Source: Rotaria socialis (Eukaryota). Taken from it: 64,000 bases of DNA. Of the stretch, positions 38,842 through 54,142 are shown in pieces. Each line of letters begins with the position of its first letter. The first letter of the stretch is position 1. The stretch is from assembly GCA_905331295.1 (NCBI GenBank), contig CAJNYD010000006.1, positions 1 through 64,000 of the forward strand, in the 5' to 3' direction. Under the pieces are notes generated by a model that worked only from the letters and a program-made list of their open reading frames with translations, searched no databases and was not told where the DNA came from. The position numbers were made by a program, and so were the translations under genes.

Positions 38842-39323
38842 TCAATAGCATCCTCCAACCTAAAAGAAATTTTTCAAAATTAAAAATAGAAAATAAAGAG
38901 CTCCTTTCTTTACTTGTTCTTGATAAACTTCAATCGTATCATTATCTTCCATTTCAAGTTGTTTTGGTGTTTCATCATCATTGATACGTTTGCCATCAAA
39001 AAGAAATCTAAAACAAACTAACCCTTGAACTCAGCCATTAAATTATCAATTAAAATTTACCGTAATGTAGCTGCACTAACGCCTTATTGAAAAAGAGAAG
39101 AACAGTAGAGATGGCAATGAAAAAATAAAAATGCTTTTACCTTGCCGTTCAGCATAGGATTTTTTCAATTTACCAAGACTTGTTGTCATTTTAACTTTAA
39201 AATGAACTTCGCCTATAGAGAGAGAAAAAAATCAATAATAATCAAGGCGAGAAAATAAATACTATTGTCTTGTCCAACAACTCGAAGTTTAATATATTCC
39301 TCTGTTTTATTGTCAGTGGCCAT
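38842..39323 (-). CDS. SUMO: Small ubiquitin-like modifier, five short exons (not in the ORF track)
   Basis: [61 protein letters not shown], final exon VGGCY*. Confidence 0.95.
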
Positions 39324-39854
39324 TGTGTCAATTTAGATAATCAATGTAGAAGCTTCAATAGAAATCTGAAATTGAACATATTCTAATTCATTTTACAGGA
39401 AAACTGTTCAAAAGTATTTCAAAAAAGTATTAGCCATTGTAAACAATAGTCTTTTCACATTATATACCTGCTATTGGAAATGGAAACACTGACCAACACT
39501 ACCTATAATTTTATAATGACACGTCCATGTTTTATTACTCTTCGAAATGTCATCACTTCTCGAAAATTAGTATCGAACCTTATTTAAAATATGTTTAAGA
39601 AAGATAGACAATCGATCAGGTTCATTATTCTTAAACTAATGTTCAATCAATAGATGTCGCCATACAAAAACAAAAATTGATTTTTACTCACTTTCCTATT
39701 TTTCTCAATTAAAAAAAAATATTTTCTATGAAAACTTGAAAATTATGACCTATCAATAGAGGTCACACATAAAGGTATAACAATGGAATCAATATGGCAG
39801 TAGACTATAACAAATGTTTTCTATTTCTTTTCTTTCAATTCAGAACGATAGAAA

Positions 39855-42800
39855 ATGCAACGTTCAATGGACTCAGATTTTGAAGATGAAAACGGAATCT
39901 GTTATACATCGAAACGTCGAGCACATGCACTAGTTCAACACTATGATGACGATTCATTTCCATCATCATCTTGGACAAATCCAAATGAAAATGAAATTGA
40001 AGAAGATCAATGTAGTTCATCCATTGATTATTATCATCATGATCAAGAAGATATTGATGATGAAATATTTAATTTGCCAATTAGTTCAAATGATTTATCT
40101 GTCACACCAAAACAAGCATTACATTTAGCAACAATTTATGAATTTTTACGTCATTTCTCACCAATATTACGTCTGTCACCATTCTTATTCGAACATTTTT
40201 GTACATCTATTATTCAATCTATCAACATAAATAATATACTTTTCTCACAAATTCATATATGTTTACTTCGTCTATTAATTAAACAAGATGATGACGATGG
40301 AATAACATATGCATCGGAAACAGATATTAAAGGCATTATTGATTTATCATTTGTTACGATGGACTATATAACATGGCCCTATATATTACAATTATATATT
40401 ACATCTCATCCGCAATTAAAAATGTTTTCATCAATCGTCAAAGAATATCCATTCAATACAGATATTCAAGATAAAATTGACGTTCTCTCAGCTCTATGTG
40501 ATGTTGCATTAACAACGAAAACTATACGAAGAGAATTCGACGATACAAAACCGAAACAACACGATGACAATTGTAGGCAATGTCAAAAACGTGGTGATTT
40601 ACTCTGTTGTGATCGCTGTGAAGCAACGTATCATCTTGCTTGTCTAAATCCACCACTGACCAGTGTACCAGTTGTTGAGTGGTTTTGTCCTGTTTGTGTA
40701 CAAAATCAAGTACATGGTGTGAGCAATTGTATTCCCCCACGAGAAAATCGTCCGTTCTATTTACGTCATCGATGTATTGGTCATGACCGAGAACAACGAA
40801 GATACTGGTTTGTTTGTCGTCGTTTATTTGTGGAAGATGAAACCGGTGACGATGTACGATATTATTCTACATTGGATCAATTTGATGTTCTATTATCCTA
40901 TCTTGATGAAACAGGACCAGAGAAATTATTAGTTTATCGTTTACAAAAACGTTACAATGATATTGCACGTTGTATGCAAATAACAGCCGATCTTCTGTCT
41001 AGTGAGTTTTTAACCGTTCCTTCGAACATTAAATTTTTCTCTTCAAATATTTAGCATCACTTCCATTGGATGATTCAGCATCAATGATAAATATGAATCC
41101 AACAACTCTTGATTATCCATCGGTGTTAGACGATGAAGAACAGAAATCATTATCAATGTTTACAGATGGTTTGACAGCATGTTATTTTGATGAAACAAGA
41201 GAAACACAAATTAATTATGAAAATCTTCTCGATATGATTAAATCAAGAATAAAACCGAAAGAGAATATTTTAGTTATGCACGGTCAGATAGATGGAATTG
41301 TCGATAGTGATGAGAAAGATACAAAACTCATGGTTAAAAAACGAGAATTTTTTGTTCATTCAACGAATAACTATGGTTGTTCATCAGTAAGTTTCTATAT
41401 AGATCAGAAGATTTTAACGTTTCACCCGAGGAAGAAAATCTACTGGAAATCGATTCCTATGACGTTACTCTATTTTTATTATAGAAACTCAATGGACAAA
41501 ATCACTATACGAATGAATTACCCAATTCGCATGGTAATTAAATGAATTTTTCTTTTATTAATAAAAATCGAGTTCTCGTTCTTAGATTTAATCCCTGTCT
41601 CACGATATAATTCATCGAATAGGTCTATGATAGAAGAACGATTACGACGTGTACATAGTAAGTTTTATTTAATCAAAATTTCTCGTATAACTTTATGTAT
41701 TTTTTTAAGATATATATAATGAAACGCAGGTTGCACTTAAACGTTTAAATGAAAATGATATTGACGAAACCATCTGGCAACGCTATGAACAGTATCAAAC
41801 CACGAATAAATTTCCTTCGCATAATCGTCCGTATCAAACGAGTCATACTTCCTATCCACGTAGTAATTATTATCGTGATTATTATACCGGTAATAATTAT
41901 GAAGATGAAGATGGAATGTTACTTAACAATGAGTATGATGATTTTGGTGATGATTTTTTTCAACAAGAAGAAAATCTCGATGAATTCGATATGCCATTTA
42001 GAAAATATGGTAATAAAAAGTAATGTTCAAAGTAGCATCGCTTTATTTTTTGTTTTTTCCTAGAAAGTAATCGAGTTTATCGAGGTACGTCTCGTGGGCG
42101 TCCTCGTGGTCGAGGTCGACCACCATTATATGGAGGTCGAGCTGGCCGTGGTACTCATGGCCATCCACCACGTGGTGTTAATCATTTAACAACTGGTTCA
42201 TTTCAACCAAATCAACGTTTAATACAGCCGAAAATTGAATCTCCAAAATTAATTGAGCAATCACAACCGCAGCAACAACCCGCAAGAAACAAACGCAAAC
42301 CAGCTAAAATGAAATCAGTAACAGTCACCAATGACGATAAACCAAAACGACCAGGGAAAGTTCTCCGCAGTGGAAGAATATCAAGAAAACCTCGACGAGA
42401 TTCAGAAACAGATTTTGGCTCAGATAATTCCGACGATAGTGGAGCAAAAGATAAAGAAACTGGTTCGGATGATGATGAAGAATTTGATTTAACACAATTA
42501 GGTATAGAGAATTAAAATTGTTTCTTTTTTTATTTCAAAAATTATTTTTTTAGGCCTTGGTTTTGGTAACGCATCAATGTCAGCAACTAAAGGACGTGAT
42601 GGTTCATCTTCATCGAATGATTCATTAGCTGTAACAAATCTTCCATTGACGAATTTTGCTGCTTTTGCACAAAGTCAATTATTAGCAACAAATTTAGCGA
42701 ATGGACTATTGAATACCAATGAAGAATTCAGTAATGATTCAGATTTTAGTGTAGATAGCTTTGAAACTGATGAATCTGATGATATTCTAAGTCAAAAAAC

Positions 42801-45800
42801 AAAAGCAAACAGTGGAAATACCGATGATGAAGATCTCGATGATTTTACATACAGTCAAACAATGTTATCGCTTATTAAGAGTATGCAACCAATTCATGTT
42901 AAAATTGATCTTGATCTTGTACCACGCAATAGAAATATAAATAGTAATAAAGGTAAGCATCGATCGGACTCTGAAAACGTGAGCAGGCTTTTTGTGGTTA
43001 CTAAATTTGATGGTTCCTAATTTTTTTAGACAAAATTCTTCCATCCGAAGGTCATATTCGTTATGAAAATTGTTATCAAACAAATCCTCTCGCCACACGA
43101 AAACAAATGTTACTGAGTGAACGTGATCGACGTGCGCATTTATCACGTAAATTTAGTATAAATAATTCGCCATCATTTGCATGGTATTCTCCATCATCAT
43201 CTTTAACGTCGAATTATTCTTTAAAAAATCTCACCGATATTTTACGCATAACCTTAGTCTATTTTGAAAATACAATTCCGTTACCATTTATGCATTCCCA
43301 TTGGAAACGCTATCGTTACATATGGGCTAAGCAATTACTTGATTTAAGTCAACATATATCTTTATCGAAATTAATTTATCTTTTACTTCAATTTGAAACT
43401 TGTATTAAGCCAGTTTCATATTTCGATTTATTTACTGATCAAGTTGGTTACTTGAAATTTCGTCGTGAAACTGAAAAAGAACGTGATGAAGCTAAAAAAG
43501 AAGAAAAAGATGCATTTATACGACGAAAAATCGATGCTGATTCAATTATACAAACTGTACATTTTACACGACCATTGAAACATAGTGTTCATAAACAGCG
43601 TGGTGAAGAATATCGTTTAGCTGGCGGTCAAGGTTGGACATTTATTCGATCTACACGACGTACGATTATTGACAGTAAGAAAAAAACATTTGATGTCAAT
43701 TCGTTATTAACACGCCGTGAAAATATGTCAAATGCGATTGTAAATGAACGCAATAGAATATTTAATTTACTTGAAATAAAACTTAAAACTGATCTAATCG
43801 ATGATGCTAATATTGAAAATGAATTTAAAAATTTATTAACAACAGCTAAAAATGACGACGACGATTTTATCGATGATCTAACATTTATTAATTATAAAAT
43901 AATTGATTATAATGGTATTTCATATCGATATCCGATTATGTTAGAAGATACAAGTCGACCATTTCATCTAGCGACTGCAACAAATGACAAAAAGAATTTA
44001 TCGAACCCTTTTCAATTACCATTACCATGGACATATTCATTCAATGATGAAATTCCACCGAATATATTTATACTTCCACCCTATATACTTCGACGTCTTG
44101 CACGAGCATCTATGACATTGACAGATGCACCTGGATTTATTAATTCGCGATTGAGTGGCATTGGAACAAGATTCGGTTGGCCTTATCCATGTGGTAGACC
44201 TTCGGTTCGAACAGCATGGTGTTACAAAGTACAAACGAGCACGTCGTGTTTTGCACTGGCTCATCATATCAAATATTTATGGAATTGTATAAGGTTAGTT
44301 TGAATCTAGACTAATTGATTTTTGTTATCAACGGATCATATGAGTTTTTTTGACCTTCACAATGTTAGAGACAATCTACAGATAGATGTCAATGATTGGA
44401 TTTATAGAGATTTAATCGTCGTATTCTATAATTTGTCTTATTTTTTCATTGTAGATGGGACCTGATAACAGAAAAACTCTCAAATATCGACGAGTCTTCG
44501 ATCACAACTCAGGTTGATAATGATGGAATAACCACAACAATTCAAGTATTAGCTAAACGTGATTCCGGTCCATATAATTCCTATTGTGAATATTTTGTTC
44601 GCAAGACAATTCATTCACATATGAATGATTCATCAAATTTGAATATTCCAATATCGAAATCACGAAGTCGTGCTGTTCCACATCCATCATCTATTTTAAC
44701 ACCAAACCGTTTAATTCTCAGCGAACAATGGTTACCTGAGCGGCAACTTCAACCGAATCAAATTAAATATTATTATCAATGTTTACAAGACAAAACTTAT
44801 CAACGTCTACATAAGAAAACAAATGGTGATAGAAGAAAATCGAAAAAGAAAGCTTTAACAAACACAAATCCTGTACAACAACAACAACAACAACAACAAC
44901 CAGCTAAACCATTCATTGTCCGTATACCTCATTTACAACCGAAATCAACTTTAAACAATGAAAGTGGAAAAGTTGTTATTGTTAAAGCATCTGGAGATTC
45001 ATCACCATCGTCATCATCAACAACAACAACAACAACAACAGCAAATCTTTCGTTACAACAAAAATCATTTTCTGTTGTTAAATTAGCTGACGGACAAATA
45101 ATTCTTGTTCCAACAGCAACTGTTCAACAAAATGATAGTGGGATTTCAAAAATTATCAAAGCATCATTATCACCACCAAAACCTCAACCATCGCCAACAG
45201 CAGTTCCGATTAGTCCACAAGAACGCCGCTTACGTCCAATAGCACCAGCTCCTATAGCACCTATTCAAACATCAAATGAATTACTCAATAGTCTTATCAT
45301 TCAACAACAACAGCAACTTCTCTTGCAACAACAACAATCGGAGGCCATCATACCAATGGAACCAACAATAATTGAAGAAATTCCATTGGCAACTATTTCT
45401 GACACAATCACAATCGATACAAGTGCTGCTTTAGTCAAACCGAAAATTGAACCGATGCCCATTGTTACACAAAAAACAAAAAATCTTCGCAAAACAATAC
45501 CAATATCATCAACAAACGATGATAAAAAAATAAAAATCGATCCCGAAGAAGGCATTCGGTATGATTGAGTATTCAATTTCAAGACTAAAAATAGGGACTT
45601 CGTGGGAGACTGAGCTCTTCAGATATCACCAAAAAATATTTGGATTTGAATCTCGCGAAGATTGTACTAATCGTTTTTTTTTCTCTTTAGAATACGAATT
45701 TGTGAAGCTATTGTTCGGACACTCATAAGTAAAATTGAACGTGAACAAAATCAAGAACTAATGAAAAAACGTCTTAAGACTTCGCCAACAAAATTACCAG

Positions 45801-47429
45801 TAACGGATCATCGTCATATAGTTTTAACACGTTTATTAAATGAACGTGTTGATCATCTAAGAAAAGATTTCGTTACAGATCGTCTCCATCGTAAAACAGC
45901 ATTAGTTAAAGAGCAAGTTCAAACTCAACGTCTCAAACAACAACAATTAATACTTAAACAACAGCAACAGCAAGCGACAATAATTAAAAAAGAACCAATA
46001 ACTTCCGATGATGAGAAAAAAATGGTTGACAATCCAACAACACCTACCGTTAAAAAAGCAAGAAAAAGCACTGGAAATGAAACAAAAACTAAACGACAAG
46101 AAACACCAAAATCATCAGAACAAAAAATAAAAAAGTAAAACTAATGCAGAATCATAAATTTCACAAATGCTATTTTTATCTTTTAGAACACCAGGTAAAC
46201 GAACGCGTCCGCTTCCGCCGACCAAAACAACTACTAGCGATCAATCACCGGCACCTAAAAAAGCTCGCCGTTCAAATGTTGATCTATCATGTGAAAAACG
46301 TGAGTCATCAGACAACGATGAAAACCTTCTAAAAAATCGTAAACCCTTGTCGTCATCATCGTCAACAACAACGATAGCCAACGTCGCTAAAATGAAATCT
46401 ACTGAGAAACCTAAGAAAATCATAACAATAAAAAATTCGTCGAATAAAAAAGAAAAAACCGAAATCAATCTCTCAGATATTAATTGCAGTTGCCAACGAG
46501 TGGATATTCCGGAGAAATTTTTTATTCAATGTGAATTATGTTCACGATGGTTGCATGGTACTTGTGTGGATTTAACACCACGACTTGCTGAAAAACTCAA
46601 AGAATTTATATGCAAAGATTGTACATCTTCAACGCAAAAAGCTAAAGAACGTTTATATTGTGTTTGTCAAACGCCGTACGACGAATCAGAGTAAGCCGAA
46701 AACAAGAAGAGAAGAACAGTTTTTCCACAAACCAAAATTGATTTTATTTAGATTTTATATCGGTTGCGATGTTTGTGCTGATTGGTTGCATGGCTCCTGT
46801 GTTGGTATAACTCCAGAAGAAGCCGACAAATTCGAAGTTTATGTTTGTCCAAGATGCTCAACGGAGAAAAAACAAGAATTTCTTAATAAACCAATAAACA
46901 ATGAAAAACACAAGGATTTATTAACTCTGACCGATCAACTACTAGTAAATATTTAATTCGACAAATAGTTCACATGCTCCATTTTGGTTCTTTCAGGCAC
47001 ATAAAATGGCATGGCCTTTTCAGAAACCAGTCGATATCAAAGATGTACCCAATTATCATACAATTATTAAAGAACCTATGGGTAAGAGTGGTTATCTATG
47101 GAATTGAGTTTATATTCTCACAGACAGGCTTCAGTTTTTCCCAGTGAGAACATCAAATTTCGTCTGCAAGACCTACTTTTGAGATATTGTGATGATCTTA
47201 ATATCGAACGTAGATTTCTACTTTTTGTTTAGATTTAACAACATTAAAAAGCAAAGTAATGAATAGTAAATTTAAAACTATATGTGATTATATACGTGAT
47301 GTTAATAAAATCTTTAACAATTGCCGACAATTTAATCCAATGAATTCAACATTTTCTCAATGCGCTAATGTTGTGGATAATTATTTTCGCCAACTATTAG
47401 AAAATTTGATGATTAAAGGCGATAATTAA
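39855..47429 (+). CDS. BPTF: Nucleosome-remodelling factor subunit BPTF/NURF301, multi-exon
   Basis: DDT domain (IYEFLRHF...LRLSPF), [24 protein letters not shown], two C-terminal PHD fingers and a bromodomain ([12 protein letters not shown]...PNY..IIKEPM). Middle exon boundaries are not fully resolved. Confidence 0.92.
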
Positions 47430-47639
47430 TATAAAAAAAAAAGAGAATTTCTCATTTCTGTTTCTATTCTTTTTTTTCCGCGTTTTGCTTCTTGTTTGTT
47501 CTGAACTTTATTCTTATTTGATATAGTCCAATTATCTTCCCTAAACTATATATGCATACATATGTTGTTCTTCGCATTTTCAGCGAAATTTACATTAAAT
47601 GTTTCTGTCTTGTTATATTTTGTATATTGGATTATGACA

Positions 47640-47643
<4 letters not shown>

Positions 47644-47680
<37 letters not shown>

Positions 47681-47736
47681 GCTTGTTTCATCCTTCTACC
47701 TTATAAAAATAAATAAATATATATATATATATATAT
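47644..47736. repeat. Two (TA)n microsatellites
   Basis: Directly visible; others at ~38649-38668, ~55502-55527 and (GA)n at ~28279-28304. Confidence 0.9.
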
Positions 47737-48457
47737 AAACTGATAGTTATTATTCTCTAAATATCTTTATATACTTATTGATAAGTAAAACTAAATGGGA
47801 AAAAAACTGTTTTTCAATTTGATGCTACTTAACACAATTGGAAGTGAATTGTTTAGAATCGGTTAGGGTTTGACACCGAGAGTCAATCACTAAACATATC
47901 AAAATATCGATATCATATTGACTGATTGCAATTAAAGATAAATACTATTCAATGTCAAATAATATTGATATGACAAGATCTCTACCTGAGACGTGTATAA
48001 AATATCTTGGTCGATAGTTTTTTTCTCTATAGGCGACAAATCCTTTTATGATTTGAAGAAAAATATTGTCTAGAAGATTTCGTTTAACTTCTATTTAAGT
48101 GCCAAAAAAGGTAAATTCAATACTTTCACTGAGATATGTTTCCAATAGGATTTCATTGTATTATAGTAACAATCAACGTTGAAAAAAAAAGTTTTTTCTT
48201 CTGTAAGCAAATATCCGCTTGCTATTGCCATCTGTCGATCGAATTACTATTTAATTAAATTTTATTGGTTTCTTCGCTACACACCTGAAGATACGTTTCG
48301 CCTGTTTTGTCTTTTTTCGTCAGTTCGTTTTTTGCATCTGAATCTTGAGGGTTGAGCTCACAGTTAGAAAGGTATTCTTTCTAATTTGTTTTTTCGTCTT
48401 ATCAATTGAACCTTTCATTGCACATGTGATAATTGTTTTTCTAAATTGACAAATACA

Positions 48458-50352
48458 ATGTCTTCCACATTAAATTCTGACAGTACACATCTTCATCATC
48501 GCAACATTGACATTGACATGAATGCAAAACCGACACGACTATTAAAAGCTGATATCGCCACTGCTGCTGCGCCAACAACCGAAGACGATGAAATGGAACC
48601 GTTACCATCACAACCCAACGGTGCACGTATTATTGCTGAACAATCATACGTTCAAACTTCGATGCAGTATTTCGATCGGATATTAGTTGGTTTTAATGCA
48701 CGTTGGCGTAATTGGATCATACGTGGTATATTTTCACTTATTATGCTAGTTGGCTTCGCTAAATTAGTATCCATGGGACCGCTGGTTGTTTCATTAGTTA
48801 TACTTCTTATACAGATAAAATGTTTTCAAGAAATAATTAATATTGGTTACGTTGTTTATAAATCGCATAATTTACCATGGTTTCGAACATTATCATGGTA
48901 TTTCTTATTTACATCAAATTATTGGCTTTACGGCGAGAGTTTAATTCATCATTTTGGATTTCTAATGAATAGAAATAATTTTCTACAACCGCTTGTAACC
49001 TATCATCGCATGATTGCATTTCTTCTATATACAAGTGGCTTTGTCGGATTTGTATTAAGTTTAAAAAAAACTTATTATCTTAAACAATTTACTCTATTCG
49101 GATATACACACATAACTTTAATGATTTTGGTTACATCAAGTCATCAAATGATACAGAATATTTGCGAAGGTAGATCTGCGTGAAATTTAACTCGAGCATC
49201 TTCTTAGAATATCCGTATGAAAAGATCCAAATTTTAGAATCACGTTTTGAGTAAATTTGACGTGGCAAAATTGACTCACACTGAGAAACCCTTGAGAATA
49301 GTTTCCTTTTGTGAATATTTGATTTAGAAAAAGCTAAATATTATGATTGACGTCATCATGTTGACTACGGAATTACATGGTTACTATTTATAAACCTAAT
49401 ATAAAAACATTTTTTTTGGCAAATAATTGACGTCGCCTACGTGTCATATCGAGCCAATAGCTAGTTTGTTCTTTATCCTCTGCTGTTGTTCGACTTATAG
49501 AAAGTCTTTATTCGGAGTAAAAACAGAATTCTATCGAATATTTTCGAGATTGTTCAATTTTCAACAACTATCGTATTAAACTCATGAATTTGTCTAAAGA
49601 AAAAAGGTTATCTCGTGCCAGATTGTGCCTTCTTTTTTTCTACCTTAAAATTATTCAGGTATGATTTGGTTTATTTTTCCTGTATCATTAATTATATGTA
49701 ATGATATAATGGCCTACATGTTTGGCTTTTTCTATGGTCGAACACCTTTAACAAAATTATCTCCAAAGAAAACTTGGGAAGGTTTTATTGGCGGCGGTGT
49801 ATCGACATTAATCTTCGGTTTTATATTTGCTGGAGTATTAAGCAGTTATCAATTTTTCATATGTCCATTAGAATATGATGAAGAAATCATGGGCTTATCA
49901 ATGTCATGTATACCATTACACTTATTTCAAAAAACAACTTATTTAATGCCAAAACCATTTTCATTACTTAAGCGTACACTTGAGTTATATCCTTTTCAAT
50001 TACATTCATTAGTACTTTCATTATTTGCTTCAAGTATTGGACCGTTTGGAGGCTTTTTTGCAAGTGGATTTAAGCGAGCTTTTCGTATTAAAGATTTTGC
50101 TGCAACTATACCGGGACATGGAGGATTTGTGGTAAAATGAAATTTTCTTGTTAAAACATTCACTTGCTTTTTTTTCTTCTCGAATAGGATCGATTTGATT
50201 GCCAAATAATCATGGCATTATTTACTAATGTCTATATATCAACATTTGCTCATGTTGCATCACCGCATAGAATTTTACAACAAGTCTTAGCGTTAACACC
50301 AGAAAGTCGAGAAGAATTTCTCCGTTTACTTCGCAATCATGTCAAAGCATGA
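48458..50352 (+). CDS. Phosphatidate cytidylyltransferase (CDP-diacylglycerol synthase); exons 48458-49169, 49659-50131, 50188-50352
   Basis: [13 protein letters not shown] and [12 protein letters not shown]...[14 protein letters not shown] signature; multiple transmembrane segments. Confidence 0.95.
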
Positions 50353-50769
50353 AAACAAAAGCAAAAGCTGTCTTCAATATTGCCTATATTTTTATGCGAA
50401 CAGTGTAGTGAATCGTTTTGTTTTTGTTGTGTATATAAACACGATAATTGCTGCTTGTGTTGCATATATATGCTTTCTTTTGGGTTTTTGCCGATTCGCA
50501 TTGCATGAACAAAGAAACAAAACTGAAATAATTATTAGAACTGAATGCTTCCTTTTTAAATATTAATATGTGCCATAAAAACATTTTCATGATTAAATTA
50601 TATCTATTTCATTAATGTCGACAAATAGTCTAATCTATGTTGTAAATTTATTTTAAAGAGATCAACAAGAATGAAGTGAAAAAGCGAAGATCTTGAGGGT
50701 GTGGGTGTAGATGTTGGAGAGGAAATTTAAATTAAATAGCAATGTGACCACGTGCTCTCTACTGGCTAA

Positions 50770-51210
50770 AATGGAGAGAAAAATCAACAAAAAAAGATAA
50801 AAATCTAATATCTAGGTCTCACGAAGAGAGATTGTGTCCGACGAAATAAACATTTATACAGATAAAATCAAATTTTTATTCAATTGCTAGCGAAATATGA
50901 ATTTATTTTACGAAAAACGTGGTATCCATATTCAAAATCTCGATGAAAAATTTCGTTCGAAGTACTTTATCAGAAAAGAAATGCATGCAGATATAATTTT
51001 GGTTTTGCGCGATGGTTGGGATGATTCATAATTTAAATATTGGGCTCAGAAGCACTTCACACTTGTGAGAATCGGTAATGCAAATATTGTGTATAATCGT
51101 GGCACTGTTAGTCATTCGCTTGTAACGTGAGAAGAAATTTTTACGAAATTGAGTGAATGTCATAAACGTGCCAGTCATCATGGGAGAGATAAAACCTGAG
51201 AAGAAGTATG
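50770..51210 (+). mobile_element. Decayed Ginger/KRBA2-like integrase fragment
   Basis: Reading through stops gives FKYWAQKHF...EEIFTKLSECHKRASHHGRDKT*EE, the N-terminal half of an integrase H2C2 zinc-binding motif. Confidence 0.6.
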
Positions 51211-51218
51211 CGAATCTA

Positions 51219-51287
51219 GTTTTTGTTAAACACGACCTGAAAGGAGTGTTGAAGTGTTTAGGGTAGAAATTTGCACCCCCCCCCTCT
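51219..51287 (+). mobile_element. 5' end of the HINE-like family seen at 2195, running into an N gap
   Basis: TTTTTGTTAAACACGACCTGAAAGGAGTGTTGAAGT...AGGGTAGAAATTTG matches 2195-2250. Confidence 0.75.
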
Positions 51288-51596
51288 NNNNNNNNNNNNN
51301 NNNNNNNNNNNNNNNNNNNNNNNNNNNNNNNNNNNNNNNNNNNNNNNNNNNNNNNNNNNNNNNNNNNNNNNNNNNNNNNNNNNNNNNTTAAAACATCATC
51401 AACAGAATTATTGCTCAATACAATATGGAATTAGATGAGAATTGAAAGATAATGTGCCACTAATTACGGTACTATTTAATTCTGGTGATGATTGATGAAA
51501 GATAGATAGAAATATTCCATCATATAGTAATAACTGTATTATAGAACTCATAGAGGGATTTCCAAAGAAAAAACTAATTTATTAAAAGAGACATAC

Positions 51597-53759
51597 CTGC
51601 TTTTGGCGCACGTCCAGGTTTTGGCAATGCCTTGAATGGTGTTGTTGTACTCTTCGGCACAGCAGAAGCACTGCCTATCGAGTAACTTGGCTCTTGATAA
51701 TCTAAATGCAGAGAATACAGTCTCATCGTAATGTAAACGAGTTAATGTAAGTAGTAATAAAAGCCCAGCTTTTCTATTGGGCGTTGGTCCGCTTATGAGT
51801 TGATATAAACTCAGAGAACAATATCAGTTCACGCCAACTTCAAAAATCGATTTTAATGACATTCGAAAAGCAAATGAAGTTTCAAATCAAACATTCTCAT
51901 TTTTTTACGTAATTTTTTTTACTTTTTCTATCTTCTGGGCAGAACATAGCTATTAATCTGATGAGATCTAATTACACATATTGCTCTATATCATTATTTT
52001 TGTATGTCAAAAACAGTATATTCACTTAAAATATTGCCTGTCATTGCCATGACACGTGCTTCTAGGTCCTATGAAACAGCAATCTAATTACTTCATCGCA
52101 TCGCTTTTTAGGGAAAATAATCCTCAGGTATCTTGTTTCAATCAAAAGCATGATCGACACAATTACAAATAATTTCAATTGATAAGCCGGCTTCTTTGAT
52201 TCTGGGTCCCAGAGATGTGAAACGTTTAGGAATACGATTAATAGAGTAATTATTTCATAACTGATATTCCATAAAAAGTGTAACTAATGGACTATTTTCT
52301 AATTGATATGAACAACAAGCTTACTGCTCAAACTCTCGAGGTTGTGGGGTGCAGGTGAGACACTAGTTGTACCAAAACAGATATTGGTAGTGTTATCCTG
52401 AGTACATCTAACTTATTTTCAGTGGTTTCAGTCAACTTTTCAGCTATGAACCCCCACATCTATTCCCGGGCTTAGAAAGGACGAAGTTTTTTTTTTTATG
52501 TAAGTTCGTTATCTAGCTCGAAACCAAGTATATAATAAAAACGGAAGAATGGTAGTGTTAAAGTGAAGTTAGTCTTGTTTTCTATGTCATGTTAGAATCA
52601 TAGGTATAGATATCATTAGTCAGTTTTAAAAACGAGAATCCATCTCACACTGCATTTTCTAGCAGCGTTTTGGTCAACTGGCGTACTTTTATTTAATTCA
52701 TACCCATTCTATGCTTCTAAGCGAGCAGAACACATCTTGCGGTTACTTTCCTCGACGTAGCTATCTCAACTGATACACCTGCCTGTATTTTTTTAGCTGT
52801 GATTAAAATGAGATTCAATAATTTCAAATAAATCGATATGGATGCAACTGTATGAGAAAATACTTTACACGAATTATGCATAATAGGAACTTGCAGAGGG
52901 TGTTACTCTTCACTCTACTTCGATTTATCAATACAAGATGAATAGAACAGTACTCGCATTACGACACAGGAATAATAATCGATTCTGAAGCGTTATGAAA
53001 CTCACTGATTGGCTGCGTCGCTTTCTTCTGACGTGTTGCCAAATGAATGCCGCGTTGTCTCAAAGCGGATGTTGTGTACGGTATTTGCCTTTCGTTTGTA
53101 TCATTTGCTACTCCATTGGCTACGTCTATGAGCAGCAGCGTGATCTCTTCTTCTGGTCTAGTAATGTTTTGTAGTAAATGATAGGTAAACATCCCATTAC
53201 GCCCATTTTTCGCTGTATCAGCTGCAACTGTACCAGGAGCGCAAGCAAATGCGATCAAAGTACCAGCCTTCGCTGACATTGCCGCCAATCCAGTGGATGA
53301 CGCGTACGAAGCTTTACCCCTGGTCATATTGGGTAGCATATCAGTGCGGCAACAGTCAAGTAAATAGACAATCACAAAAGGATTCTTGTCAGACATAAGA
53401 TCTAGAAACCTTTGTGCATTGATGGCACGATATTTAAAGTCGCTTGGGCCTAGAATACGATCGTTATCACATGGAATTAGATAGTTTTGTTCATCACGTT
53501 GAACACCATGACCTGAGAAGAAGAAGAGAACGAGATCGCCTTGGTGAATGGATTCGAGAAAGTTCTCGATTTCTTTGTCCATCTCTTCGCAGTTGAGATC
53601 TGTTTTGGAGGTCACTAAGAAACCAATACTTTTGAGTGCTTTACTTAAATCATTCGCATCGTTAACGCAGTTATATAATGGTGATTGTTTGTATTTATTG
53701 TTTCCAATAACCAAAGCAATTCTTCTTCGCTCAAAACTATCCGAAACTGCAGCGCACAT
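51597..53759 (-). CDS. Caspase-family (Peptidase C14) protein with S/T/P-rich linker exons, 3' end missing; exons 53759-52963, 52407-52325, 51701-51597
   Basis: RIALVIGN, FFFSGHG and LDCCR catalytic dyad, GTLIAFACAPG..A.D; two small downstream exons join in frame and end on a phase-1 donor before the assembly gap. Confidence 0.85.
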
Positions 53760-54142
53760 TAATTATTTTGAATTTTCTTTATCTACAACTGACAAACAAC
53801 TAAAGCTTGATTACTTACGCATCCTATATATCAACAATAACAATATTTTATGTACTCAAACACCACTGTATCTTGAATGTTTCTTTCAAGTTAGATTCCT
53901 TCAGATCTCCCCTAATTTTCATGCGCTTTTCAGCAGAATACGAAAATTGCGTGTCTGAAAACTTTAAATATCTTGGCCCTGAGTATTTTAAGATAGAACA
54001 AATAAAATGTCCTAAAATGGAAAATCTCAACTCTACACACCTATTTTATCTTAAAAAAGAAGAGTCGATGTCCATAGGTGCTTACATCTCCACCCACCAA
54101 GCAAAAAGTCATATTATGAATTGAAGAAGAGAAGATTATAAA

